From contig OY729416.1 of the NCBI GenBank assembly GCA_963422265.1, forward strand, positions 96,001-160,000: a stretch of 64,000 nucleotides of DNA, in the 5' to 3' direction. This stretch comes from Thermodesulfobacteriota bacterium (GTDB lineage Bacteria > Desulfobacterota_D > UBA1144 > Nemesobacterales > UBA2774). Below are positions 39,020-48,839 of the stretch, one piece after another. Made by a program: the position numbers and the translations under genes. Under the pieces are notes generated by a model. That model worked only from the letters and a program-made list of their open reading frames with translations, made no database searches and had not been told where the DNA came from. How positions within the stretch are numbered: position 1 is the stretch's first letter; each line of letters opens with the position of its first letter.

Positions 39020-40014
39020 ATTTTCCACGACATAAGAAACCTTGTTCTGTATTAACACCTATACTATCTACAGTCTTCTTTGCTTTATCTGCTCTCTTCT
39101 CGCATACTGCACTCGCCCAAACTACTACTGACTACGACACTGATGATAACCAACTTATAGAAATATCTAACCTTGCTCAGCTCAACGCTATTCGCTGGGA
39201 CCTAGACGGAGATGGACAGGTAGATAGTTCTAGTAATAGCGCGTCCTACACTACTGCCTTCCCCGACGCACAAGCCTCTATGGGTTGCCCCTCTTCCGGA
39301 TGCATAGGCTATGAACTGACCACAGACTTAGACTTTGACGAGGACGGCGATGGTGCTATTACAGAAACGGGTGATCCTACTTATTGGAACGGCAGCCGTG
39401 GCTGGATACCCATCTTTTCTAGCCGTAGCCATTTTAACGCGACCTTCGAGGGCAACGGAAATACTATCTCTAATCTATTCATCAACTTTACTACGCCGAG
39501 CGAGACCACAAGAACTCTCAACTTAGGGTTATTCGGCATAGTGGGCACCTTAGGTAAAGTGCAAAACTTGGGTTTGAAAAAAGTTAAAATAACTCAAAGT
39601 ACTAATAGCATATATCAGATATCCCAGATCGGCGGTCTAGCTGGGGGGAACGAGGGCAACATCACTAGTTGCTATGTTACTGGTGAAGTAACGCAAGCTG
39701 GGGCGAAAGCTCCGAACATTAAGCTGGGTGGTTTGGTTGGTGTAAACGGCAACAAAGGTAAAATTACCAAAAGCTACTCCACAGCCAATGTGCAAGGGGG
39801 AGGTGTTGTTGGTGGACTGGTCGGGAGCTCTTCCGACTCCACCATCCGGGTTGCCTATGCCACTGGTAGCGCGCAAGGGGGGCATCGTGTTGGTGGGTTG
39901 GTCGGAATGGTCTCAGGGGGTATCATAGACTCCGTTTACTCCATCGGCAGAGTAAGGAGGACAGGATGGAGCAGAGGTGGGCTGATTGGGATACAGGCTA
40001 CTCATTTTTCAGGT

Positions 40015-40046
40015 GGAGCTAGTGAAATAAGGAGCTAGTGAAATAA
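40015..40046 (+). repeat. Perfect 16-bp tandem duplication GGAGCTAGTGAAATAA x2 causing a frameshift
   Basis: Copies at 40015-40030 and 40031-40046; creates the TAG stop at 40036-40038. Confidence 0.95.
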
Positions 40047-42761
40047 ATAGAGCATACTGGGATGTATCAACTTCCATAGAAGCCTACCGCGGAGATTATG
40101 TAAGTGCAAGTGTGCAAGGTAAGACCACGCGAGATCTGCAAATGCCTACAGGCTATACCGGAATTTATTCTGATTGGAATGTAGATGTGGACGGAGATGG
40201 GAGCCTTGATGATCCGTGGGACTTTGGCAAGTTCCATCAGTATCCAATAATAAAGGGAGTGCTGGGGCAACGCAGAGCATTTATCCATGCCGACCATTGG
40301 AATTCTGCAATAGTAGGCGAGTATGTAACAGTTGGGCTGATTGGGAAGAACCTGAGGGATAAACGCAAGGATAGTAGTAATGGCGACGGTGCAGGTAATT
40401 GGAAATGGGAACGTTCATCTAACGGCGTCAGTGGTTGGGTGGATGTCTCTAGTAGAAGTCTAGCAAGTGAGTATAAGAGCTACCTATTTATCCCAGAATC
40501 TAGAGATACAAATCACTTTCTAAGAGCGCACGTAACGATTGAGCACCCAGACGGCAAAGAGGAAGAGGTGTACACAACAGCGATAGTAATAAGGGCTGAC
40601 AGTACTCGCTATCGCACCTACACAGATGACAGTCTTAGTGGAGGATTTTTGCATACAGGCGATAAGGGAACGCTACGGGTATCAGTCTATCCACGGCATC
40701 GCACTTATTGGCGTTGGAGGCGCTGCGATGACGCGGGCATGTCTGCTAACTGCCAATACGTCTTTCCTTTAAGCGCTAGTGGTGAATATAAGCCTGTGCA
40801 AGCTGATGTAGGCAAGTATTTGCAAGCATATGTTTACTACACGGATAGGAATGGGGCTTGGACTAGAGTAACCACTAAGGTTGTAGGTCCTGTGTATGAC
40901 TACGACAAAGACGATGACGGCTTGATAGAGATATCCAATCTAGCCCAGCTCAATGCCATACGCTGGGACCTAAACGGTGACGGGCAAGCAGATAGGAGTG
41001 GCGATGCATCGGATTACGGCGATGCATTCCCAACATTCCCAAAGCCTGATGGTATTAACGACATGGGTTGTCCGTCCCCCTCTGGTTGCACAGGCTACGA
41101 GTTAATAACCGACCTAGACTTTGATGAGAACGGCGATGGGATTATTGATAGTTTAGATGCCACGTATTGGTACGACGGTGCTGGTTGGCAACCCATAAAT
41201 CATAATGGAGGTGCTATTACCTTTGAAGGCAATGGCTATACTATCTCCAACCTCTATCTCAATTGTGATAACAAAAGTAGAGTTGGGCTGTTCTCAGAAA
41301 TAGACTCGCCGCAATTACTAAAGAATCTGAATTTAACCAACGTAGAAGTAACTGGGGGTCATTATACAGGTGCGCTGGTAGGTTACGTAAATGGAGGAAC
41401 CATATTTAATGTTCATTCTACAGGTGAGGTAACTGGTCGTAATGGTACAGGTGGTCTAGCAGGTAGGATAACAGACAACGGTTCTATAGAAGGTTCTTGG
41501 TCTAGCGTCACGGTGTCTGGCGAAGATAGAATTGGCGGTTTGGTAGGGCATTTAGAAGAAAGCAGCCTCACCGAGAGCTACGCTACAGGGGTTGTTAGAG
41601 GGAATAGTAAAGTTGGTGGTTTAGTAGGAGAATCTAGCGGTGATATCAAAGTTGCTTATGCCGCCGGAGGTGTAACTGGTACTGACCGAATTGGTGGTTT
41701 AGTAGGGGATTTGCAAGGCGGTAGTGTGGAAGCTGTTTACTCCATTGGCAGGGTGCTAATGAGACGAAGCTCTTCGGGAGCAGGTATTGGAGGATTGATA
41801 GGGTTTCATGGTAGCGGTATAGTGGGAGGAAGCAGTAAAGGTGTGTACTGGGATAGGGAGACTTCAGGGCAAAGCGGAGCAGGGGCAGGAGTAGATACGT
41901 CTATTGTCCAATCTAAAACCACTAGAGAGTTGCAGATGCCTCTGGGCTACACTGGAATTTATGCTGGGTGGAACTTGGATTTAGACAGGGACGACATCGG
42001 TGATGAGCCATGGGACTTTGGCGGGTCACGTCAGTATCCGGTGATAGCGGGAGTGCCGGGACAACGTAGAGCATTTATCTCTGCTGACCATTGGAATTCC
42101 GCAGTAGTAGGGGAGCTTGTAACAGTTGGGCTAGATCAATCCATAAGAAGTCTACGCATAGAAGGTTGGAAGTGGGCAATTTCACCTAATGGTATTGATA
42201 ACTGGGTGGATGTCTCTAGTAGAAGTCTAGCGAGTGAGAATAAGAGCTACCTATTTATACCAGAAGCAGGCGATGCAGATAAGTATCTACGAGCGCATGT
42301 AACGATTAAGCACTCAGACGGCAAAGAGGAAGAGGTTTACACTACTACTTTAATGGTAAAAAGAAACAGCACAGCTAGCGATACATCTGGCGTTTTTCTT
42401 TCAGGAGATACGTCTCCACAGGTTGGGCAAGCAATACAGGTAGAAGTAAGTAGTGGTGATTGGGATGATAGTAATCCTAGTAGTCATGGAGACGATGTGA
42501 ATATTCCGGTGCATCGCAGTTACTGGCGGTGGGAGCGTTGTGATGACTTGGGGATGTCAACTAACTGTGAATACGTCTTCCCCGCAGGGGCTAGTGATGA
42601 ATATATGCCTGTGTCAGCGGATTCGGGTAAGCATCTGCGTGCTTATGTTTACTACACGGATAAAGATAATGGCAATGCTTGGTCTAGGGCAGCCACTAGC
42701 GTTATTAGTATTCCATAAGTTGCCTATAATAATATTCTTCAAGTAACGAATTCTAAGGAGA

Positions 42762-42802
42762 TGAGTGGTTAGTTAGTAATAGCTAGCCGCTCACCTTTTT
42801 TT
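42762..42802 (+). terminator. Rho-independent terminator of the island gene
   Basis: 14-bp stem TGAGTGGTTAGTTA / TAGCTAGCCGCTCA with G-U pairs, GTAA loop, then T7. Confidence 0.75.
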
Positions 42803-42803
42803 C

Positions 42804-43254
42804 GTAGGGGGTGACCCTTGTGGTTACCCACCACCCTTGCGCCTTAAGTTGACCATACTTTAACAAGTTCAGGATATTGCTAGGGTCGCCCACCTCCCTA
42901 CAGGTAAATAGAAAATCCACCCTGACCCTCCTTTAGAAAAGGAGGGGAGTATCCTTTACTGCCCTCAGAGTTTGCAGAGGGCGTAGCGGAGGAATCTAGT
43001 CTTTCCCCCTCTCCTCCTGGGAGAGGGTGCTTTCGTCATTCTCAACTAGATTGGGAATCCAGAAATGGGGTCGGGGAACGGAACTTTTTCCTCACATACT
43101 CCCCATTTAGAAAAGGGGGATATAGAGGGATTTGACGGGGAGATGGGGAACGTGAACCCTTTTCTTACCCGTCCCTATCCCTTCTGGATTCCTGTCCCTT
43201 CCTCAATCAAGTTGGGGCTTAATACATACAGGGACATGCTTTCACAGAAATGAC
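42804..43254. repeat. Full composite palindromic cassette plus a triply nested hairpin; right flank of the island
   Basis: Direct repeat of 38512-38726 and inverted copy of ~12010-12357; 43185-43254 resembles 25757-25807. Confidence 0.93.
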
Positions 43255-43272
43255 GGTGGATGAATTCCTTTC

Positions 43273-44148
43273 CTATCTAAGAAGAAAGGCGATAATTAGG
43301 GGTGTTGTCAGTATAGAGATGATTGTTCCCGCCAGTATGATGGAAGCTACAGTCTTAGAGTCCTGCTTGTATTTTTCGGCGAGCACAAAGTTAAATATTG
43401 CAGGTGGCATCGCCGATTGAAGAATAACAACCTTAGCCGCTAGGCCGTCAAGCTTTAATGCCCATGCCACCAGCACCCCCAGCGTTACCCCGATCATCAC
43501 CCTCATCCCACCGGCAAGAAAAGACCTGCCGAGATTAGTCAATTGGACTTCTGACAGCTTATAGCCCAGCGTAAATATCATCGTTGGGATACAGGCTTCT
43601 CCCAGTAGTGATGTGGCTCTTGAGATAGAGGTTGGCACCTGAACTTCATATACGCTAAGAAGCGCTCCCGCCGCGGCAGCATAGATCAGTGGTAGCTTGA
43701 ATATTTCCCAGCGGCTTTTGTCATAATTTAATAGCATGATCCCAACCGTGTAATGCAGCATAGTAATAGAGACCATGTAGAGTATTCCTACACTAAACCC
43801 TTTATCTCCAAAGGCAAATAAGATCAATGGAAGACCCATGTTGCCTGTATTAGCGAATAATATCGGTGGTAGATAGACCTTGATGGGCATCCCTAGCCTT
43901 TTGACTACGGGATAGCCGATAATTGACGATACCCCGACAATCGTAGCGACGGAGACGAATATCTTTCCCGCAAGGCTTATTTCAATCGGGTTTTTGGACA
44001 ATGAGGACAAGATCAGAGCGGGAGTAGCGAGGTAAATTACGAAATCATTTACCGAAGGAAGGTCTATCTTTTTCTTTTTACCAAAGAGAAAACCGAGTGA
44101 CGCTATAAGGAATACGGGTAGAACGATATTGATTGCTTGGCTCGCAAT
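43273..44148 (-). CDS. AEC (auxin efflux carrier) family transporter
   Basis: NTGNMGLP and QSAMPPAIFNFVLAEKY motifs. Family-like N-terminus (IVLPVFLIASLGFL..FVIYLATPALI) continues in frame upstream of the ORF-track TTG at 44010, up to ATT 44148. Confidence 0.85.
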   Translation of the reverse strand: MASQAINIVLPVFLIASLGFLFGKKKKIDLPSVNDFVIYLATPALILSSLSKNPIEISLAGKIFVSVATIVGVSSIIGYPVVKRLGMPIKVYLPPILFANTGNMGLPLILFAFGDKGFSVGILYMVSITMLHYTVGIMLLNYDKSRWEIFKLPLIYAAAAGALLSVYEVQVPTSISRATSLLGEACIPTMIFTLGYKLSEVQLTNLGRSFLAGGMRVMIGVTLGVLVAWALKLDGLAAKVVILQSAMPPAIFNFVLAEKYKQDSKTVASIILAGTIISILTTPLIIAFLLR

Positions 44149-44150
44149 AG

Positions 44151-45005
44151 CTATGAGCCTCCTTCTATCACCCGATTATTAGGCGCTTTATTAGCTCTAT
44201 TGTAATACACCATGGCTTGGGGCATCCATCTCCGCAGATTTTTTGTCCTCGTGCCGTAGCTCGGGTGAGTAGATAAAAATTCAGAGGACCGCCGTTTTCC
44301 CTTTGAAGCGTCGCTCATCCTTTGCCAGAAAGCAAGCGCCTCTCTTGGATCGTAGCCTGCCTTAGCCATGTAAATAAGCCCAATCCTATCTGCTTCCGAC
44401 TCTTGAGACCTGCCGAAGGGCATAATAACCCCTATGTTTGCGCCAAGTCCGTAGGCTTGCATGACGGCTTTATAGGTTTTTGGGTTTTTTCCGCTCATCA
44501 TGGTGCTCACCGCAGTCTCGCCTAGCTGCGCCAGCATTCCAGCCGACATCCTTTCCCCTCCGTGACGTGCTACTACGTGCGCGATTTCGTGAGCCATAAC
44601 TGTAGCTAAGCCCGCATCCGTCTGGGCTATCGGCATAATGCCTGTATAGACCGCCACCTTGCCTCCAGGAAGAGCAAAGGCGTTCATTTGTTTGTCATCT
44701 TGTATAACCTTAAAATCCCAATTATGCACGCGGGCGTTCGCAACATGCGCTATTCTCATCCCGACCCTTTTTACCGCTGCGTTGTATCTCGGATTTCGCG
44801 ACACGTTCGCATTCTTGAGTGCCTGATTGAAAGCGGCGATCCCCATCTGATTTTCCTGATTTTGGCTAAGGATTATGAACTGAGACCTTCCGGTTACAGG
44901 CGCTTTGTAGCATGCGAGAAGCGTAGTGAATAACAAAACCAGCGTGCATAGAGCCACCGCTGGTTTTGTTAGAATATTTCCGATTCGAAGGATTGGTTTT
45001 AGTAT
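44151..45005 (-). CDS. M48 family zinc metallopeptidase lipoprotein
   Basis: NAFALPGG, HEIAH, ESEAD..G and FLSTHP motifs; LLAC lipobox. Start placed at ATA 45005 (ORF track uses GTG 44957). Confidence 0.88.
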   Translation of the reverse strand: MLKPILRIGNILTKPAVALCTLVLLFTTLLACYKAPVTGRSQFIILSQNQENQMGIAAFNQALKNANVSRNPRYNAAVKRVGMRIAHVANARVHNWDFKVIQDDKQMNAFALPGGKVAVYTGIMPIAQTDAGLATVMAHEIAHVVARHGGERMSAGMLAQLGETAVSTMMSGKNPKTYKAVMQAYGLGANIGVIMPFGRSQESEADRIGLIYMAKAGYDPREALAFWQRMSDASKGKRRSSEFLSTHPSYGTRTKNLRRWMPQAMVYYNRANKAPNNRVIEGGS

Positions 45006-45044
45006 GAGCGTCCTCCTGATTGTTATAGCGATTGCAGGGCAGGG

Positions 45045-46229
45045 CTACGCCGACTTTTTCAGGCTCGCCTCTTTCATTCTTCTAATTCCCTCGTCAATGT
45101 CTTCATCAGAGCAGGCGTAAGTTACCCTTACAAATCCTTCGCCCTGGCTTCCGAACGCAGTGCCAGCCACGACGGCGACGCCTGCCGTTTCTACCAATCT
45201 ATCGGTGAACTCTTGTGACGTTAAGCCGGTGTCTCTAATATCCGCAAAAGCGTAAAACGCCCCGTCAGGCGTATCGCAACTAACGCCGGGCACGGTGTTG
45301 AGCCCCGCGACCATTCTGTCTCTTTTTTGCTTTAGAAGGGCGTGTTTTTCGTGAACCCAATCTTGGGGTCCGGTTATGGCTACATAGGCTGCCTTCTGAA
45401 TAAACGCAGCGACATTGGTAATAGAGTCCTGAAGGAATATGGACAGCTTATCTATTACTGGCTTAGCAGCCACTGCAAAGCCTATTCTCCATCCCGTCAT
45501 CGCATAGGTCTTGGAAAACGTATCTATAATAATCGACCTTTCAGCCATACCAGGGATGTTAGATATGGACTTGTGCGGTTTATCATAGGTTACGTGCGAG
45601 AATATCTCATCAGTGATCACCATAAGCTGTGGATGCTTTGAGCAAAGCTCGGCGATCTCTTCGGGGTTTTCAACCAAGTGTCCGTTTGGTCTCTGTGGTG
45701 TGTTGATGATAAGAAGCTTGGTATCAGGGGTTATCATGGTATCAAGCTTGTCGACGTCAAACTGCCAGTCGGGGCTTGTGAGCGGGGTGTGATCAATCCT
45801 CGCCCTTACGTATTTAGCCCATACCTCATCAGGAGGGTATCCGGGGTTTGGGAAGATAACGTGGTCCCCCTCCTCAAGGAATGTCAATAACGACATGGTA
45901 AGTGCGTGTTTAGCCCCAGCGGTAACTATTATTTCTTCGGGCTGCGTAGGTCTGCCTCTACCTGTCATTTCCTCTGCGAGAGCCTCTCTTAGCTCTGGTA
46001 GTCCGGGGCCAGGGTCATATCTGACGTAACCGTCTCTAAGTGCCTGTTCCGTCGCGTCCAATACATGCTGAGGCGTATCAAAGTCCGGACCCTGATAATC
46101 CCCCTTTTCAAAATGTATGATTTTCTGCCCAGTTTTTTTCTCAAGCTCCCGGGCGACCCTCATGCTCGCCCATTGTCTTGGGGGAACAAAATGGCTTATT
46201 TTTGAACTAAATGGGTATGAAACCGCCAT
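45045..46229 (-). CDS. Class I/II PLP-dependent aminotransferase
   Basis: TAGAK, INTPQRPNG, ITDEIF and FSKTYAMTGWRIG motifs. Confidence 0.92.
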   Translation of the reverse strand: MAVSYPFSSKISHFVPPRQWASMRVARELEKKTGQKIIHFEKGDYQGPDFDTPQHVLDATEQALRDGYVRYDPGPGLPELREALAEEMTGRGRPTQPEEIIVTAGAKHALTMSLLTFLEEGDHVIFPNPGYPPDEVWAKYVRARIDHTPLTSPDWQFDVDKLDTMITPDTKLLIINTPQRPNGHLVENPEEIAELCSKHPQLMVITDEIFSHVTYDKPHKSISNIPGMAERSIIIDTFSKTYAMTGWRIGFAVAAKPVIDKLSIFLQDSITNVAAFIQKAAYVAITGPQDWVHEKHALLKQKRDRMVAGLNTVPGVSCDTPDGAFYAFADIRDTGLTSQEFTDRLVETAGVAVVAGTAFGSQGEGFVRVTYACSDEDIDEGIRRMKEASLKKSA

Positions 46230-46370
46230 TTGCAGTACCTCCTCCTATAAAATTATTATAAAGCCCTACTAATTACAAAACGAGACCCTGAAACAAGCCA
46301 TTCGATGAACTCACATCTAAAACCGTTTTTAGGGTCAACTTCTTTGCCTGCTTTACTAAAAGTGTCTTCT

Positions 46371-46997
46371 TTAACTAACATTCAAAATACCATCAGAAAT
46401 CATTGAGAAAACCTCATCTGCTATTTCTATCGCTGTTTTATCGGCGCGGTAAAAGAACATAACTGATCTTACTAGTCCAAAGATGATAAGCGCGGTGAGT
46501 TGCGTATTCACAGGACGGAAAGAGCCTTCTTTAACTCCTTTTTCCAAAATTTTTTCGTATAGCTTTATCCTTCTCAAGCGCCAATGCTCCGTAAACTCGT
46601 AATGTTCTTTTATAAGATGGGTTTCATCTCTACTTAGAATTTTTAGGGCGTCGAGGTTTTGGCGGTAGAATTGAAAAATTAGCCTAAGGGTTTTTTTTAG
46701 TTTTCCGCAGGCGTCCTCGCTCTTGGCTACTTCCATTTCCAGTATGGACTCTATCTCTTCATACGTTTCTTCGAGTATCCCTAGGTAAAGTTTTTCTTTC
46801 GATTCAAAATATAGGTAAATAGTGCCCTTAGCTACGCCTACTTTGCCCGCTATCTGCTCCATAGTAACTTCGTGATAGCCATTGCTGGCGAACAGATTTG
46901 CAGCGGATTGTATAATGTCTCCTTTGCGTCCTTTTTTTCTAGCCCGCTTTTTAGTCACTCTTATTTCTTTTCTCGCTAATTTTTGGGATTTAGCCAT
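46371..46997 (-). CDS. TetR/AcrR family transcriptional regulator
   Basis: N-terminal HTH LFASNGYHEVTMEQIAGKVGVAKGTIYLYFESKE. Confidence 0.93.
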   Translation of the reverse strand: MAKSQKLARKEIRVTKKRARKKGRKGDIIQSAANLFASNGYHEVTMEQIAGKVGVAKGTIYLYFESKEKLYLGILEETYEEIESILEMEVAKSEDACGKLKKTLRLIFQFYRQNLDALKILSRDETHLIKEHYEFTEHWRLRRIKLYEKILEKGVKEGSFRPVNTQLTALIIFGLVRSVMFFYRADKTAIEIADEVFSMISDGILNVS

Positions 46998-47018
46998 TCT
47001 TTACCCACTGCTGTATGA

Positions 47019-47068
47019 GACTGACTAGTCAGTCATCACATCATAGTGAAGCTAAAAATTTTTGTCAA
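47019..47068 (-). promoter_or_regulatory. Sigma-70 promoter with a perfect 16-bp palindromic operator (TetR autoregulation)
   Basis: TTGACA (47068-47063), 17 nt, TATGAT (47045-47040); GACTGACTAGTCAGTC at 47019-47034 covers the expected +1. Confidence 0.8.
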
Positions 47069-47143
47069 GAGCTTTTTTCATGTACTAAAATAAATGTCGC
47101 TATGGAGTTATTACATCAGCACGTTGTTCCTTATTACTATCCA

Positions 47144-47175
47144 CCTCTCTCAGAGGGAGAGGGCAGGGGTGAGGG
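47144..47175. repeat. CCTCTC..GGGAGAGGG..GGGTGAGGG palindromic element
   Basis: Hairpin CCTCTCTCAGAGGGAGAGG; related to the module at 43007-43027. Confidence 0.65.
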
Positions 47176-47189
47176 TTCTTTCGTCCTAG

Positions 47190-47516
47190 TTAACTTGGAA
47201 GGGGGACCAACTGGGGTAGCAGTGACAACACCGGATGCAACACCTGTAACAACTCCAGCTACGGCTCTAACTCGGAAGCTGTAAGTCGTTCCGTTAGTAA
47301 GCCCCGTTACTATATATGGTCATGTGGTCGGTAGTATCCTTATCACTGTTAGCAATATCTGACCAACTACCGGACTCTGTGCTGCCCGTCCACTGTTTGA
47401 CTTGATACTTAGAGATGTTGGGATTATTCCAACCTAACCTAACCCGCCGTAGCGCTTAACCCAGTTGGCTTCGACACCACAGAATTAGGCTGCGCCTGAT
47501 CGGAGTTACTACCCAT
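47190..47516 (-). pseudogene. Frameshifted fibronectin type III domain remnant
   Basis: Hand translation across two frameshifts: KPTGLSATAG / VRLGWNNPNISKYQVKQW..WSDIANSDKDTTDH / YIVTGLTNGTTYSFRVRAVAG..VTATPVGPPSKLT. Confidence 0.85.
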
Positions 47517-47862
47517 AATTTTTCTCTTGGCAAATGGCTTCCGTGGCTCCAAGTAAATCTGCTTACCACCTTCCGCGGAATTAGTCATCTCTGCGTTTGA
47601 GGGCTTAATCGCCAAAATAACGGCGCCTCGCCTATGGAATTTATCCCATCGAATGGATTCTCATTTGCGAAAGAAAAAGTAGAACTACAACTTATATAAT
47701 ACGGAAACATCATTAAAACAGATGTATCTGTTCCAATAAATCCACTAGCATTTACAAATAGACTAGAAAAGGTATTTTCATTTTAGGTGATCTGGTCAGC
47801 TTTTTATTTGAGAACATCAATGCTTATAGGGACGTAGCTCATACGACAAAGGAATCAAGCGC

Positions 47863-48732
47863 ATGAAGAGTATGACTGGCTTTGGAAAAAGTGAGACTGA
47901 GGCAAAGAACGGTAAAATCGTTATTGAGGCACGCTCGGAAAATCATAGATTTTTAGAGATTAAATTCCATATTCCCGAATCCGCACTTTCATTTGAACAG
48001 CAGCTCTCTGATGTGGTTAAGAAGGTAGTCTTGCGAGGGAAAATAAGGGTATCGGTAAACATCGAGGAAGCTAAAAGCAACTCATATATGCTTAATGAAG
48101 GGCTTGTAAGACAATCTAAGAAGAACCTTGAAAAATTGAAGAAGGAGCTTGGCGTTGATGAGCAAATCCGCCTTGAACATATCTTGAGTATAAAGGATAT
48201 ATTCTTACCTGAAGCTAATCCCGACTTGAGTAAAAAGCAAGCCCTTGAGATTGCAAGAGCCGTAAGTAAAGCGATCCGAAAACTTGATGAGACAAGGAAA
48301 TCAGAGGGAGGGAAGCTTGAGAAAGACCTAAAAGAAAGGGTCAATAGGATTGAGAATATTGTGCAGAAGATAAGAGTGAAGAGAAGCGATTTTATGAAAA
48401 ACGCATCGTCCAAAATAAAGGAAAGGATTCAGAAACTACTTGAGGATTCACAGGTTGACGAATGCAGGCTTTATCAAGAGACGGCTTTTCTTGCCGAGAG
48501 AAGCGATGTTACGGAAGAACTCGTCCGATTAAAAGCGCACCTAGCCAAATTTAGGGAAACTATGGCGCAAAAGGGATCTATTGGTAAGGAACTCGATTTT
48601 CTTCTTCAAGAGATTAATCGAGAAGCGGGCACTATATCTGCAAAGGCTAAAGACGCAGAAATATCTCATCTCGTAATTGATCTTCGCTCCGAGCTTGAGA
48701 AAATAAGAGAACAAGTGCAGAATATTGAATAA
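47863..48732 (+). CDS. yicC: YicC/YloC family endoribonuclease
   Basis: MKSMTGFG, SENHRFLE, DVTEELVRL..H, GKELDFLLQEINRE and REQVQNIE motifs. Confidence 0.94.
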   Translation: MKSMTGFGKSETEAKNGKIVIEARSENHRFLEIKFHIPESALSFEQQLSDVVKKVVLRGKIRVSVNIEEAKSNSYMLNEGLVRQSKKNLEKLKKELGVDEQIRLEHILSIKDIFLPEANPDLSKKQALEIARAVSKAIRKLDETRKSEGGKLEKDLKERVNRIENIVQKIRVKRSDFMKNASSKIKERIQKLLEDSQVDECRLYQETAFLAERSDVTEELVRLKAHLAKFRETMAQKGSIGKELDFLLQEINREAGTISAKAKDAEISHLVIDLRSELEKIREQVQNIE

Positions 48733-48839
48733 GGCGTATTAACATTGAAATAACTACGAGTCTGTGTTATGATTCACCTTTTTGATTTACCATTTCAGCA
48801 AATTAATAATAAGCCTTATATGTGAGGAGTCCTGCATTT

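Larger units (their letters stand above)
38953..42718 (+). pseudogene. Large secreted repeat protein (two GLUG/Ca-binding-like + Ig-like modules, 1249 aa when restored), split by a 16-bp duplication
   Basis: ORFs 38953-40038 and 40112-42718 fuse in frame if one GGAGCTAGTGAAATAA copy is removed (..GASEINRAYWDVSTS..VQGKTTRDLQMP), matching module 2 (..GVYWDRETS..VQSKTTRELQMP). Signal peptide ends ALA|Q; repeated GGLVG motifs and DxDxDG loops. Confidence 0.88.

Noticed and set aside
40112-42718. 868-aa ORF as an independent gene
   Set aside because: It starts mid-domain at a GTG with no signal peptide and is the continuation of the 38953 ORF past the 16-bp duplication.
4560-43254. Dispersed palindromic repeats as a CRISPR array
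   Set aside because: No regular repeat-spacer periodicity and no cas genes; the copies are dispersed mosaics of different hairpins.
47015-47284. 89-aa + strand ORF with a TTPDATPVTTPAT low-complexity tail
   Set aside because: It spans the TetR operator/promoter and a hairpin element, and its tail is the antisense of the FN3 remnant.
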